The notes: generated by a model from the letters alone, not told the origin. Positions 20,048 to 30,127 are shown, counted from the stretch's first letter. The stretch is DNA of 43,679 nt from Bacilli bacterium (GCA_051872775.1 JBJEEE010000036.1:1-43679); one strand, 5' to 3'. Program-made: numbers and translations.

Positions 20048-20785
20048 TTAAAGTTTTTGCGTAGATATTTCTTTTTTTATTTCTTCAAGCATTGCAAAAT
20101 CTTCAGGTGAAAGTGTTGCTTTTTGTAAGAGATCTGGTCTAACGATAAAAGTTTTTTTAAGTGCTTCATAACGTTGCCATTTTCTTATTTTTGCATGATG
20201 ACCAGATATTAATATTTCGGGAACACTTTGACCATCATAAACTTGTGGTCTTGTATATTGTGGATATTCAAGTAAACTATCATTAAATGATTCCGTATCT
20301 ATTGAAGAATCACTTATTACACCTGGTATCATTCTACTTACCGCATCAACAATGATTGCGGCAGGCATTTCACCACCAGTTAGAACATAATCACCAATAG
20401 AAATTTCTTCATTTACATAGTTTAAGACACGAGCATCTATTCCTTCATAGTGTCCACATATGATTATTAAGTGATTCATTTTTGATAGTTCTATTGCTTT
20501 TTGTTGGGAAAAAGGAGTACCACTTGGTGAAGTTAAGATTACGTATGCATCTTGATAATTATCAATACTTTGTAGAGCACGATGGATAGGATCAACCCTT
20601 ATGAGCATTCCTGCCCCTCCACTATATGCATAATCATCAACAGTATTGTGTTTATTACCTGAAAAGGCTCTAAAATTTATTGTTTGACATTCAATTATTT
20701 TATTTTCAATGGCTCTTTTAAGAATTGAACTTTCGAATATTCCGGTAAACATTTCAGGAAAAAGCGTTAAAATATCAAATTTCAT
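20048..20785 (-). CDS. trmD: tRNA (guanine37-N1)-methyltransferase
   Basis: FDILTLFPEMF, VDDYAYSGGAGM, CGHYEGID, SIGDYVLTGGE, LLEYPQYTRP. Confidence 0.98.
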   Translation of the reverse strand: MKFDILTLFPEMFTGIFESSILKRAIENKIIECQTINFRAFSGNKHNTVDDYAYSGGAGMLIRVDPIHRALQSIDNYQDAYVILTSPSGTPFSQQKAIELSKMNHLIIICGHYEGIDARVLNYVNEEISIGDYVLTGGEMPAAIIVDAVSRMIPGVISDSSIDTESFNDSLLEYPQYTRPQVYDGQSVPEILISGHHAKIRKWQRYEALKKTFIVRPDLLQKATLSPEDFAMLEEIKKEISTQKL

Positions 20786-21291
20786 GAGCGCAAACCTTCA
20801 ATTTCTTGGATTATCATTTTTTCATCATCAATTGCTTTAACATATTCATCTACAAAAGGCATTAAAAAACGTTTATTTTTTTCATCAATAATTTCAATAA
20901 TATATCCACTTGGTATTTCAATTACATCTGTGACTTTACCCAAATATAAATTATCTGTATTATATACATCAAGGTCAATTAAAGATTCAACATAATATTC
21001 ATTTTCATTAATAGGAGGAACATCACTCTTTAAAGCATATATTTTCATACCTACAAATTCAAGAACTTGATTAATATCATAAATATCATTGATTGTAATT
21101 AATACTTTTCCCTTATGAATTCTTGATGAAGTTATCGTATACTCTATTTTATTGGAAAATATTACCTTAGCTCCAACTCTAAAACGATAATCGATAAAAT
21201 CACTTTCACTTGCTACTTTTAATTCACCTTTTATGCCGAATACACCGACTATTTGACCTATCTCAATTAATTCATCTTTGCTTTTACTCAT
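20782..21291 (-). CDS. rimM: Ribosome maturation factor RimM
   Basis: IGQIVGVFGIKGELKV, EYY..LI, LG.V, PFV motifs; ATGA overlap with trmD. Confidence 0.93.
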   Translation of the reverse strand: MSKSKDELIEIGQIVGVFGIKGELKVASESDFIDYRFRVGAKVIFSNKIEYTITSSRIHKGKVLITINDIYDINQVLEFVGMKIYALKSDVPPINENEYYVESLIDLDVYNTDNLYLGKVTDVIEIPSGYIIEIIDEKNKRFLMPFVDEYVKAIDDEKMIIQEIEGLRS

Positions 21292-23815
21292 TTGTCACCT
21301 CATATTTGTCTCTTTTTTTCTTATCAAATGATCTTAGAATAAAAATAGAGTTAAATATTGCTATTAAGGAAATACCAACATCCGAAAAAATAGCTACCCA
21401 TAGAGGAACAGTAACGAATGGATTAACTGATGCAATCATTACTAAAAACTTAACTGAAAGTGAAAGAACGATATTTTGTATTACTTTTTTACGCGTTAAC
21501 TTAGCAATATGAATCATATCAGGTAAACGACGTAAGTCATCACTCATAATTACGATATCTGCTACCGCAATGGTTGCATCACTACCAGCTCTACCCATCG
21601 CAATACCAACATCACTTGTTGCGATAACAGGAGCATCATTTATACCATCACCAACAAAGATTGTTTTTCCCTTCTTAGAAGCCAACTCTTTTATTTCTTG
21701 AAGAATAGTTACTTTTTCATCAGGTAGTAACTCAGAGTATACTTTATCTACCCCGACAATTTCGGCCGTTTCTTCCGCAATTCCTTTTGAATCACCTGTT
21801 AACATATATATATTAGGTACGCCTTGATTTTTAAGTATGCGAATAGATTCAGCTGCTTCATCTTTAACAACATCACCGATTACAACATATCCCAAATATA
21901 CCTTTTCTTTGATAATATATATGACAAGTCCGTTTTCTTCTACTTTAGGAACTTCATACTTTAATGATTGCATTAATTTGTAATTTCCTACTATGACTTT
22001 GTTACCATTGATTAATGCTTTAGCTCCCCCAGATAAAGTACTAAACTCACTGATAATCTCGGAAATTACATTTTCTCTACCATAATCATCAACAATCGAT
22101 GAACCAATAGGATGATTAGAATAAAACTCTACATAAATTAGATTTCTAACTAGCGTTTCTTCCGAAACATCAGGTGTTGCGGGGGACACTTTTTTAATTT
22201 TAAACTCGCCTTTAGTAATTGTTCCAGTTTTATCAAAAACGATATTTTCAACATTACATAAAGCTTCTAGATAATTGCTTCCTTTAACTAGAATACCACG
22301 TTTACTTGCAACCCCAATTCCCATAAAGAAACAAAGAGGAATTGAAATAACAAGGGCACAAGGACAAGATATAACTAAAAACAACATGGAACGATAAACC
22401 CACTCCAAGATTTTTTCCGTTCTATAAGTATTAGCCATTATTGCTGGCATCATGAAGGTTGTATCTATGAAATAACCTAATACACCGATTATGACAGCTA
22501 GTATCAACACAACTGGCGTATAGTATTTAGAAAATTTCGTAATAAAGGTTTCTGCTTTAGCTTTAGAAGCTGAAGCATTCTCAACCATATCTAATATCTT
22601 AGTTATCATTGATTCAGAGTATGGTCTTAGTACTTTTAGTTCGATTACATCACCCATATTAACTGTTCCTGCCATCAATGTTTCACCTTTGGTGATTTCT
22701 CTAACTAAGGATTCTCCTGTTAAATTTTTAGTATCGACAAAAGTATTGTGATTAACTAAAATACCATCTAAAGGAATCATTTCCCCTTTATTGACAACAA
22801 TTATATCATCAGGTAAAATACTTTCAACATCAAGTTCAACGATTTCATCGCCTTTTTTTAGTTTTGCATATTTAATATCGATTTTTAGTAGTTCTTCAAT
22901 TGAACTTCGACATCTGTCTACCGCATGATGTTGTAAGAACTCACCTATTTGGAAAAGCGTTAAAACCATAATTGATTCAACATAATGAGCTGTAACAATG
23001 GCGCCAATACTAGCGATTGTCATCAAACTATTTTCATCGAAAAAACGACCGTGCACTATATTTTTTAAGAACTGCCATATTACCGGATATCCTACTAAAA
23101 AATATACTATTGATAACAAAACCATATGAATTAATTCGTATGAATTTGTGATTATGAAGGAATCTTCATGGGTAAATATTCCTTTTATATCACGCAAATC
23201 AAATTTAACTATTGCAAGTTGTCCGATTATAAATAATATTATACTTAAAATGATGGTAAATAATCTAAAATCATTTTTATGTTTTTCCTCTTTAGTTGCT
23301 TCTTCTTTTCGAATATGTTGTTCAGTAACCTCAATACGATCATCTACCATATGTGCAATCTCAGTCACCAGAGGAATGATATTATCCATTTGTTCTTTAT
23401 TACTACTTTCAATAATAAATCTAAATGTATTATAGTCTACAAAGATTTTATTATATTCAAGTTTTCTTTTCGCAATCGTTTCAATTTTTGTGGCACAATG
23501 AGCACAATCTAACCCCTTTAAATAAAGTACTTTACGATATTGTTCTTTGTTCGTAATTGGTTCTAGCGTTACATTTTTTTCATATTTAAGAATAGCTTTG
23601 ACAATTTCTTCTTCTAAACGTTCTATTTTCTTTGCTAAGCGATTAGGATTTGCTTCAATGCTGACTTCTATTCTTAAGATATTTTTTTCTTTATCGATAG
23701 TTGCGCTCTTTATTTCTTTTATTTTCTTTATATTATTAATTATACGTTTATAGTTGTTACTTTCAATCTTAGAAAGTTGGTAATTTCTAATCATCTCTGC
23801 CATATCATTCACCAT
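21284..23815 (-). CDS. cadA: Heavy-metal (Zn/Cd/Co) translocating P1B-type ATPase
   Basis: HMA motif GLDCAHCA, TGES, SCPC, DKTGT, HP, GDGINDAP; start may be 23803. Confidence 0.92.
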   Translation of the reverse strand: MVNDMAEMIRNYQLSKIESNNYKRIINNIKKIKEIKSATIDKEKNILRIEVSIEANPNRLAKKIERLEEEIVKAILKYEKNVTLEPITNKEQYRKVLYLKGLDCAHCATKIETIAKRKLEYNKIFVDYNTFRFIIESSNKEQMDNIIPLVTEIAHMVDDRIEVTEQHIRKEEATKEEKHKNDFRLFTIILSIILFIIGQLAIVKFDLRDIKGIFTHEDSFIITNSYELIHMVLLSIVYFLVGYPVIWQFLKNIVHGRFFDENSLMTIASIGAIVTAHYVESIMVLTLFQIGEFLQHHAVDRCRSSIEELLKIDIKYAKLKKGDEIVELDVESILPDDIIVVNKGEMIPLDGILVNHNTFVDTKNLTGESLVREITKGETLMAGTVNMGDVIELKVLRPYSESMITKILDMVENASASKAKAETFITKFSKYYTPVVLILAVIIGVLGYFIDTTFMMPAIMANTYRTEKILEWVYRSMLFLVISCPCALVISIPLCFFMGIGVASKRGILVKGSNYLEALCNVENIVFDKTGTITKGEFKIKKVSPATPDVSEETLVRNLIYVEFYSNHPIGSSIVDDYGRENVISEIISEFSTLSGGAKALINGNKVIVGNYKLMQSLKYEVPKVEENGLVIYIIKEKVYLGYVVIGDVVKDEAAESIRILKNQGVPNIYMLTGDSKGIAEETAEIVGVDKVYSELLPDEKVTILQEIKELASKKGKTIFVGDGINDAPVIATSDVGIAMGRAGSDATIAVADIVIMSDDLRRLPDMIHIAKLTRKKVIQNIVLSLSVKFLVMIASVNPFVTVPLWVAIFSDVGISLIAIFNSIFILRSFDKKKRDKYEVTNE

Positions 23816-24101
23816 GTGTCATGTGAACAAGTCCAAGTTCAATCAAATTTTTAATGTGATCATCAATGATACTATAATACACAAGTTTACCTTTCTTTTC
23901 ACTTTTTAGAATGCGAGCAGCTTTTAAAAGACGCAAGTGATGCGATACTGCTGGTTGACTAACATCAAGATGATTTGTTATATCCGATACATTAGCTTTT
24001 TTATTTAGCAAATAAACGACAATTGATAGTCTTATAGGTTCTCCTAAAAGAGAAAGTGTATCTGCTAATCGATTAACATGATCATAAGTTGTTAATTCCA
24101 T
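23805..24101 (-). CDS. ArsR/SmtB-family metal sensor (alpha5-site, CzrA/SmtB-like)
   Basis: SQPAVSHHL HTH; D-x-H-x10-H-x2-H alpha5 site (DDHIKNLIELGLVHMTH). Confidence 0.92.
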   Translation of the reverse strand: MELTTYDHVNRLADTLSLLGEPIRLSIVVYLLNKKANVSDITNHLDVSQPAVSHHLRLLKAARILKSEKKGKLVYYSIIDDHIKNLIELGLVHMTHGE

Positions 24102-24132
24102 ATACTCACCCTTTCTTACTTTTTATATCTAT

Positions 24133-24152
24133 ATATAAACATATGTTTATAT
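24133..24152. promoter_or_regulatory. Putative ArsR/SmtB operator
   Basis: Perfect 20-bp palindrome ATATAAACATATGTTTATAT just downstream of the -10 box. Confidence 0.75.
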
Positions 24153-24162
24153 GACGGTAGAT

Positions 24163-24191
24163 ATTATACCTTATAAATGCTTTTTTTGCAA
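24163..24191 (-). promoter_or_regulatory. SigA promoter of arsR-cadA
   Basis: TTGCAA-N17-TATAAT. Confidence 0.7.
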
Positions 24192-24224
24192 TCAATATGG
24201 TTATCATATATGACAATATATGAC

Positions 24225-24252
24225 AAAAAAATATCCAACAAATGTTGGATAT
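24225..24252 (-). terminator. Terminator after rpsP-khpA
   Basis: atatccaaca/tgttggatat inverted repeat with a T tract on the minus strand. Confidence 0.7.
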
Positions 24253-24506
24253 TATTCAAGACTTGTAAAATCTATGGTCACAACTTGATCATTTCGTGTT
24301 GCGGCAGCATGAGTTAAAGTCCTAATGGCACTTGCTACTCGTCCATGTTTTCCAATAACTCGTCCAAGATCAGTAGGATGAACCATAACTTGAATAGCTA
24401 CTTCTTTATCATTAAGGGTATTAACCCTAACTTCTACTACCTCAGGGCGACTAACAAGCGGCTTAACTAATTCAGAAACTAAAGTAACATAATTAATTTC
24501 AGCCAT
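24252..24506 (-). CDS. khpA: KH-domain RNA-binding protein KhpA (YlqC)
   Basis: LVKPLV..PE.V, DLGRVIGKHGRVA.AIRT; directly after rpsP; ATG 24506 after AGGTGAG. Confidence 0.9.
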   Translation of the reverse strand: MAEINYVTLVSELVKPLVSRPEVVEVRVNTLNDKEVAIQVMVHPTDLGRVIGKHGRVASAIRTLTHAAATRNDQVVTIDFTSLE

Positions 24507-24515
24507 TATACTCAC

Positions 24516-24788
24516 CTATTTTGAAGTTTTGTTGCTTGTAAATTTTGCAATAATACCTTCTTTTGATAATAAAGATTTTACTGTATCTGTTGGTTTTGCG
24601 CCTTTTTCTAACCATCCTAAAACTTTTTCTTCATCAAATTTAACTGTTGCAGGATTTGTTAAAGGATTGTATGTTCCAACGATTTCAATGAAACGACCAT
24701 CACGAGGATTACGTGAATCAGTTACAACAATACGATAAAAAGGACTTTTCTTTGAACCAAATCTTTGAGATCTAATTTTTACAGACAT
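24516..24788 (-). CDS. rpsP: 30S ribosomal protein S16
   Basis: [32 protein letters not shown]. Confidence 0.99.
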   Translation of the reverse strand: MSVKIRSQRFGSKKSPFYRIVVTDSRNPRDGRFIEIVGTYNPLTNPATVKFDEEKVLGWLEKGAKPTDTVKSLLSKEGIIAKFTSNKTSK

Positions 24789-24818
24789 ATTATTCCTCCT
24801 ATTTATTATTACGCAATT

Positions 24819-24847
24819 ATTATATCATATTGTAATATATGTGTCAA
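24819..24847 (-). promoter_or_regulatory. SigA promoter of rpsP
   Basis: Consensus TTGACA-N17-TATAAT with an extended TG. Confidence 0.8.
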
Positions 24848-24868
24848 GTAAAATACCTTGACATATTA

Positions 24869-25099
24869 TCAATTGGAACTATTTAAGTATTTCAAAATTC
24901 CATTAATGAAATCTACTTGTTTACGGAGATTATCAATCTTATCATATGTTGTTAGTTTTAAATTCACCTTTACTTCTTTTTCAAAATCACTATAAGCTTC
25001 AGGATGTTCATTGAGGATTACATACCACTTGGGATGATATCTTAGATAGGTTAAGTATAGATCATCCCCATAAAGTTTACTCAAAATGTCTTGTCTCAT
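24869..25099 (-). CDS. ylbE: YlbE-like protein (sporulation-associated)
   Basis: YLR.HP.WY..L...P.....FE.E motif; TAATG coupling to ylbD (start 25099). Confidence 0.8.
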   Translation of the reverse strand: MRQDILSKLYGDDLYLTYLRYHPKWYVILNEHPEAYSDFEKEVKVNLKLTTYDKIDNLRKQVDFINGILKYLNSSN

Positions 25100-25467
25100 T
25101 AATCCCACCAACTGTTGTAATTAGCATTATATAAGCTACTTACATTCCTTCCCCCAAAGCTTTGCGTTATTTGCAATACTTTTTGGATAGTATTTAAGGT
25201 TTTACTAATTGAATCCGGATTTATCTTCTTAACATATCCCCATATATTTTTCAAATTTTCTGAAGTTAACAAATCTTCAAGTTTTTTGTTTTCCGTAGGA
25301 GTTGAACTTGCTTGAGTTTTATACTTACCCCAGATATCGTCTCCATCCCCCATTATATACCAATCCTCATATATTTGTTGCCAAGATCGTGTTCCACTTT
25401 TTACTTCATCTCTAACTAAAGGATGAACTTTAACAAATTCACGAAACTCATCCATTCTGCTTGCCAT
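25099..25467 (-). CDS. ylbD: YlbD-family spore coat protein
   Basis: FREFVK.HP....V......WQ.IYE.WYI.G.....W.KYK; paired with ylbE. Confidence 0.85.
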   Translation of the reverse strand: MASRMDEFREFVKVHPLVRDEVKSGTRSWQQIYEDWYIMGDGDDIWGKYKTQASSTPTENKKLEDLLTSENLKNIWGYVKKINPDSISKTLNTIQKVLQITQSFGGRNVSSLYNANYNSWWD

Positions 25468-25571
25468 TTTTTCACCCCTAATATAATTTATTACTTATGT
25501 CTATATTTGGTGACTATTTTGTCGCAAAATCTAGATTATTATCATAATATAAACTGAAAGGAGGTAGTATT

Positions 25572-25811
25572 ATGTTTTTTAAGCGAAAAGATACAAGATA
25601 TAATAATCCTATGCCAAATCCAAACGCAAACACCTATACAGGAGTTCCTGGATATATGTATGGATATCAAGAAGTTGCGCCTAATAACTATGATTTAGGA
25701 AGATTGCAATCCGAAATCAACGAATTAAAACGCTTAAACAATGAAATGTTAAAGCGCATTAGTCGTCTTGAAAATTATCTCGGCATAAGGGGAAATGAAA
25801 ATAATATATAG
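25572..25811 (+). CDS. Small hypothetical protein (Pro/Asn/Tyr-rich N-terminus, coiled-coil C-terminus), possibly spore-associated
   Basis: Strong RBS AAAGGAGGT; upstream GCA-N16-CATAATAT resembles a SigE/SigK promoter. Confidence 0.6.
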   Translation: MFFKRKDTRYNNPMPNPNANTYTGVPGYMYGYQEVAPNNYDLGRLQSEINELKRLNNEMLKRISRLENYLGIRGNENNI

Positions 25812-25812
25812 A

Positions 25813-26082
25813 TTAATACTTATATCCAATTCCCGTTATTATTTTATATATTGATATGCCTGTGGCTTTTTCAAAATTTTTATCATACTTTTTTTGCAAT
25901 GATTGATTATTGATAATACTACGATATTCATTATATCTACTAATGATTTCATCTTCTTTAATATGGTGATGATGACATCTTTCCATAAACGAATAGAAAT
26001 TAAATATTTTCACAATTTCTTCGGTTGTGAATAAATCATAATCAATCGATAAAGATAGTTCATTTTCATATTTTTGTTTCAT
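25813..26082 (-). CDS. yktA: UPF0223 family protein
   Basis: ID...FTTEEI..I..F...E, Y..YR.II.....QK..DK.FE...G.SIY. Confidence 0.8.
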   Translation of the reverse strand: MKQKYENELSLSIDYDLFTTEEIVKIFNFYSFMERCHHHHIKEDEIISRYNEYRSIINNQSLQKKYDKNFEKATGISIYKIITGIGYKY

Positions 26083-26212
26083 ATAATCACCATATATATT
26101 GTATCATAGTTTGCATATTTTATAAATTAATATGAATTATCTTTTTGGGTTTTCGCATAATCATTAAATAACTATTTTTCATATTATATAGTAATCAAAA
26201 GGAGGGGAGACT

Positions 26213-26353
26213 ATGTATCAACCAAATTATGGTTTTAATTGTTGCCAACCTGTAAATACTTGCAACACTGGATGTGGCGGTAATGGTTATGGCTATGCAT
26301 TAATACTTGTATTATTTATTCTTCTTGTTATTATTGGCACTGCACGTTGGTAA
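26213..26353 (+). CDS. YjcZ/SscA-family small sporulation peptide (46 aa, absent from ORF track)
   Basis: MYQPNYGFNCCQPVNTCNTGCGGNGYGYALILVLFILLVIIGTARW; RBS AAAGGAGG; hallmark ALILVLFILLVIIG. Confidence 0.88.
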   Translation: MYQPNYGFNCCQPVNTCNTGCGGNGYGYALILVLFILLVIIGTARW

Positions 26354-26367
26354 TTAATAATAATTAA

Positions 26368-26399
26368 AAGACTGCTGAATAATCGGCAGTTTTCTTTTT
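26368..26399 (+). terminator. Terminator after the YjcZ-like gene
   Basis: gactgctga/tcggcagtt stem followed by TTCTTTTT. Confidence 0.65.
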
Positions 26400-26455
26400 G
26401 CTTGTATTTTATCGCAATTTCTAGTATAATATTTATAAATAAAGAGGTAACAATT

Positions 26456-27031
26456 ATGTATACAATGAAAGATATAATAAGGGAAGGAAATCCCCTTTTA
26501 AGAGAAAAATCCGTAGATGTAGAACAACCACTAAGTGATGAAACTAAAAAAGTCATGGATCAAATGATTGAATATATTTTTAACTCTATTGATAGTGAAG
26601 TAGCTAAAAAATACAACTTGCGTCCAGCAGTTGGTATTGCGGCACCACAAGTTGGAGTTAATAAAAAAATGTTGGTTATTTATTGTTTTGATGAAAATGG
26701 GAAAGAACATTATTACCCTATGATTAATCCTAAAATCATCAGTTATTCCGAGGAACTTACTTATCTTGAAGGAGGAGAAGGTTGTTTATCTGTTGACAGA
26801 GTTGCGAAAGGATATATCCATCGTCCTAAACGTGTCACATTATCAACGTTAATATATGATAAAGGAAAGGTCCATAAAGTGCAAATTAGACTTAAAGGCT
26901 ATCCTGCCGTGGTATTTCAACATGAATATGATCATCTAAATGGTATATTATTTGTCGATCGCATTAACAAAGATGATCCTTTCTATATTCCCGATAATTC
27001 CAGTAAAATTGTTTTTAAAGGTGAAGAATAA
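26456..27031 (+). CDS. def: Peptide deformylase
   Basis: GIAAPQVG, EGCLSV, QHEYDHL motifs; start at ATG 26456 after GAGG; promoter TTGTAT-N17-TATAAT at 26402-26430. Confidence 0.96.
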   Translation: MYTMKDIIREGNPLLREKSVDVEQPLSDETKKVMDQMIEYIFNSIDSEVAKKYNLRPAVGIAAPQVGVNKKMLVIYCFDENGKEHYYPMINPKIISYSEELTYLEGGEGCLSVDRVAKGYIHRPKRVTLSTLIYDKGKVHKVQIRLKGYPAVVFQHEYDHLNGILFVDRINKDDPFYIPDNSSKIVFKGEE

Positions 27032-27060
27032 AAATATGCTATATTTGTATAGCATATTTT
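27031..27060. terminator. Bidirectional terminator between def and the HAD gene
   Basis: Perfect 13-bp inverted repeat aaaatatgctata/tatagcatatttt. Confidence 0.8.
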
Positions 27061-27856
27061 ATTTTTTATTCATAATATATGTTTGAATATTTTTCATTAA
27101 ACCATCATCACTTACATTAAAACCAATAAAAGTTGCGGCAGATTTTGCTTTTGGTGATCCATTTTCCATACAAATTGATGTTCCTACTTCTTTAAACATA
27201 TCAACATCATTATCACCATCACCAATACAATATGTATGATCTAGACTATATCCCATATATTCTATTACTTTCAAAACGCCTTTACCTTTTGATATATTGC
27301 AAGGAATAATATCAGCTCCATAACTCCCCCAATTAATAATCTTAAATTTAGGGAATTGAGCTTTAAGTGGTTCAATCACATCATTTCCAGCAAAAAGCCA
27401 TATTTCTTGAATTATATCTCCTAATTTAAACTTTCGATTATTTAAAGGGTCAACTTTAGCTTTAATATAGTTTTCGAAATTATCTTTACTCTTCGGATTA
27501 AAATGATTATAATATAATCCCTCACTTGTTAATAATACAATTGATAATGTATTATCATTACAATAAGATACAAAATCATTTACATCTTGATAATTAAGAG
27601 TTCCTTCATATATTGTTTTATTATCGATGATTACGTTTTGACCATTGGCTAGTACAAATCCTTTGAATTTACTTTTAATCGCACTGATTGGTCCAAGCGT
27701 ATTATGTGACCTACCCGTTGCTATATATAAATCATACATATCATCTTTTTCTAACTCCTCAAGGATGTGTAGTGTAGATAAAGGTATTGCTTTAATTTTA
27801 CTATCATATAATGTTCCGTCAATGTCTAAGAAAATCGCAATCTTATTGTTTTCCAT
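27059..27856 (-). CDS. Cof-type HAD-IIB hydrolase
   Basis: FLDIDGTL, ATGR, SKGKG, IGDGDNDVDM motifs; lies between def and rnj like B. subtilis ykrA. Confidence 0.9.
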   Translation of the reverse strand: MENNKIAIFLDIDGTLYDSKIKAIPLSTLHILEELEKDDMYDLYIATGRSHNTLGPISAIKSKFKGFVLANGQNVIIDNKTIYEGTLNYQDVNDFVSYCNDNTLSIVLLTSEGLYYNHFNPKSKDNFENYIKAKVDPLNNRKFKLGDIIQEIWLFAGNDVIEPLKAQFPKFKIINWGSYGADIIPCNISKGKGVLKVIEYMGYSLDHTYCIGDGDNDVDMFKEVGTSICMENGSPKAKSAATFIGFNVSDDGLMKNIQTYIMNKK

Positions 27857-28007
27857 GTTTTTACCTCACTATGATATATTATACAATAAGTAATTTGATT
27901 TACCAAAATATATACACATATTTTTGTTTTAGTGTTTTATACTATGAAAAATAGAAAAAATTTGATATAATATACTAAATATAAATTATTAAAGAAAGGA
28001 GGATACA

Positions 28008-29702
28008 ATGAATAAGCCAAATAATAAAAAGAAAAGCAATAATAATCCTGAAATTAAAGTGTATTCATTAGGTGGACTTGGTGTTGTTGGTATGAATATG
28101 TACGTCGTAGAAAGCAAGAATGAAATCATCATTATGGATGCAGGAATATTGTTTGCTGATGACGATCAAAAAGGTGTAAATTATATTATTCCTGATTTTA
28201 CTTATTTAATAAACAATCAAAGTCGAATTGTCGCATTATTTATAACTCATGGGCATGAAGATCATATAGGTGCATTACCATTTTTATTACAAAAAGTAAA
28301 TATTCCTGTTATATATGCAACTGGTATTGCTCTTGGTTTAATAAAAAATAAAATGCAAGAATTTCCACATATTCAATATAACTTGCAAGCATATAATGAT
28401 AATTCAGAATTTGTATATAATGATTTTAAAGTAAGTTTCTTTAGAACTAACCATAGTATTCCTGATTCATATGGAATTGCTATTAAAACAATTTATGGAT
28501 ATATCGTTAATACAGGTGACTTTAAGTTTGACTTTAGTCCAATCGGAGAAAAGTGTGATTATTACAAAATGACTAAACTTGGTAAAGAAGGTGTGCTTTG
28601 TCTTTTATCTGATAGTACAAATGCAGATATTGCCCGTTTTTCATCAAGTGAAAGAAAGATTGGAGAAAACCTAAATAATTTGTTTAATCAAATTAAAGGA
28701 CGCATTATTGTGGCAACCTTTGCATCAAATGTCTATCGAGTACAACAAATCCTTGAAGCAAGCATAAACTCAAATCGTGATATTGTCGTTTTTGGTCATA
28801 GTATGGAAAAGACAATTGAAGTAGCATCTAAATTAAAATATATTAACGTGCCTAAAGCAAGAATTCATTATGGTAGAGATTTAGGTAAACTTGATACCAA
28901 AAATGTTACTATTTTATGTACTGGTTCGCAAGGTGAACCACTTGCGGCGCTATCAAAGATTGCGAAGGGAACCCATAAACAAATTAAACTACTTCCAAAT
29001 GATACCGTTATTTTTTCCAGCAAGCCAATCCCAGGAAATGAACAATTCATTAATCGCAATATAAATATGTTAGTTCATGCAGGAGCTCATGTTATCAAGA
29101 ATAGCCCCTTGACTGACACCCATACTACGGGGCATGCATCTCAAAATGAAATTCGACTAATGCTTTCTTTTATGCAACCACGATATTTTATGCCAGTACA
29201 TGGTGAATACTCCATGTTAAAGCAACATGCAAATCTTGCAATGTCAATTGGAATACCTAAAGAAAACTGCTTTGTCTTAGAAGCTGGAGACTCTCTATGT
29301 TTTAATAGTCGGGGAGCTAAAGTAATAAAAAATGATATTTTAGCATCTGATATATATCTTGATTCATCATTTAGTGATATTGATAGTAATATCTTAAAAG
29401 AACGTAAAAAAATGAGTGATGATGGACTTGTTACCATTACTTTCTCACTATCAAAAGATAAAAAACTAATTTATAGTACCAAAGTAATAACTCGAGGATT
29501 TATGGATCCAGCCTTATCTAATGATTTTTGTGAATCAATTCGTGAAAAAGCAGATGATATCCTTTTATCATCATTAAACTCCTATAAAAATATAAATATA
29601 AAACATATTATGCGTCAAATTACTATTAATCTCAGTCAAGTAATATATCGCAAAACCGAACGCAATCCTTTGATTGTACCAATTATTAATATTATTAATT
29701 AA
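28008..29702 (+). CDS. rnj: Ribonuclease J
   Basis: LGGLG..G.NM, THGHEDHIG, TGDFKFD, FASN..R, TGSQGEP, H.TGH, P.HGEY. Confidence 0.95.
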   Translation: MNKPNNKKKSNNNPEIKVYSLGGLGVVGMNMYVVESKNEIIIMDAGILFADDDQKGVNYIIPDFTYLINNQSRIVALFITHGHEDHIGALPFLLQKVNIPVIYATGIALGLIKNKMQEFPHIQYNLQAYNDNSEFVYNDFKVSFFRTNHSIPDSYGIAIKTIYGYIVNTGDFKFDFSPIGEKCDYYKMTKLGKEGVLCLLSDSTNADIARFSSSERKIGENLNNLFNQIKGRIIVATFASNVYRVQQILEASINSNRDIVVFGHSMEKTIEVASKLKYINVPKARIHYGRDLGKLDTKNVTILCTGSQGEPLAALSKIAKGTHKQIKLLPNDTVIFSSKPIPGNEQFINRNINMLVHAGAHVIKNSPLTDTHTTGHASQNEIRLMLSFMQPRYFMPVHGEYSMLKQHANLAMSIGIPKENCFVLEAGDSLCFNSRGAKVIKNDILASDIYLDSSFSDIDSNILKERKKMSDDGLVTITFSLSKDKKLIYSTKVITRGFMDPALSNDFCESIREKADDILLSSLNSYKNINIKHIMRQITINLSQVIYRKTERNPLIVPIINIIN

Positions 29703-29777
29703 ATTATAATATACAGAATAAGTAATAATCAAATATTAAAAATAAAGATTAATCTAAGGTTCTTTAGAATTAGTTGG

Positions 29778-29807
29778 GGTGGCATTAGCCACCTTTTTTT
29801 TCTTTTT
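29778..29807 (+). terminator. rnj terminator
   Basis: ggtggc-atta-gccacc followed by T8. Confidence 0.85.
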
Positions 29808-30061
29808 GTACATTCATTATTTGCTATCTCCTTTTTTAAAAGTAATATTACCACTGCTTGATATATAGAGTATTCTTGGTATATATATTGCGAAATTATT
29901 AAATCCACAACTAAATGCTTTTATCTCTTTACATAATCTATTTTTACTTCTATAAAAGCATTTAAGTTTTTTTATAAGGCAAGATAAGAAAAATACAACA
30001 TTCCATTTGTATTTTTGAAATACTTGCGCAACTGGGATACCCAGCTTTTGCATGTTGTCAA

Positions 30062-30103
30062 AAATGAAAAAGTAGATATACTGATTAAAGTATATCCACT
30101 TTT
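30062..30103 (-). terminator. Terminator closing the RHS/immunity array
   Basis: aaaagtggatatac/gtatatctactttt stem (one G-U) followed by T-rich sequence on the minus strand. Confidence 0.7.
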
Positions 30104-30127
30104 ATTGCTAGATAAAGTTTTAGTTAA

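Noticed and set aside
24206-24225. Tandem 10-bp direct repeat ATATATGACA x2 upstream of the arsR promoter
   Set aside because: Only two AT-rich copies; could be an accessory binding site but is not supportable alone
29699-29785. Small hydrophobic minus-strand peptide MPPQLILKNLRLIFIFNI*LLLILYIII (type I toxin-like)
   Set aside because: Interrupted by TGA, overlaps the rnj terminator, and its composition is expected from AT-rich non-coding DNA
29817-30053. 78-aa ORF at the island boundary
   Set aside because: No RBS or recognisable motif, and it lies beyond the array terminator; probably spurious or a remnant
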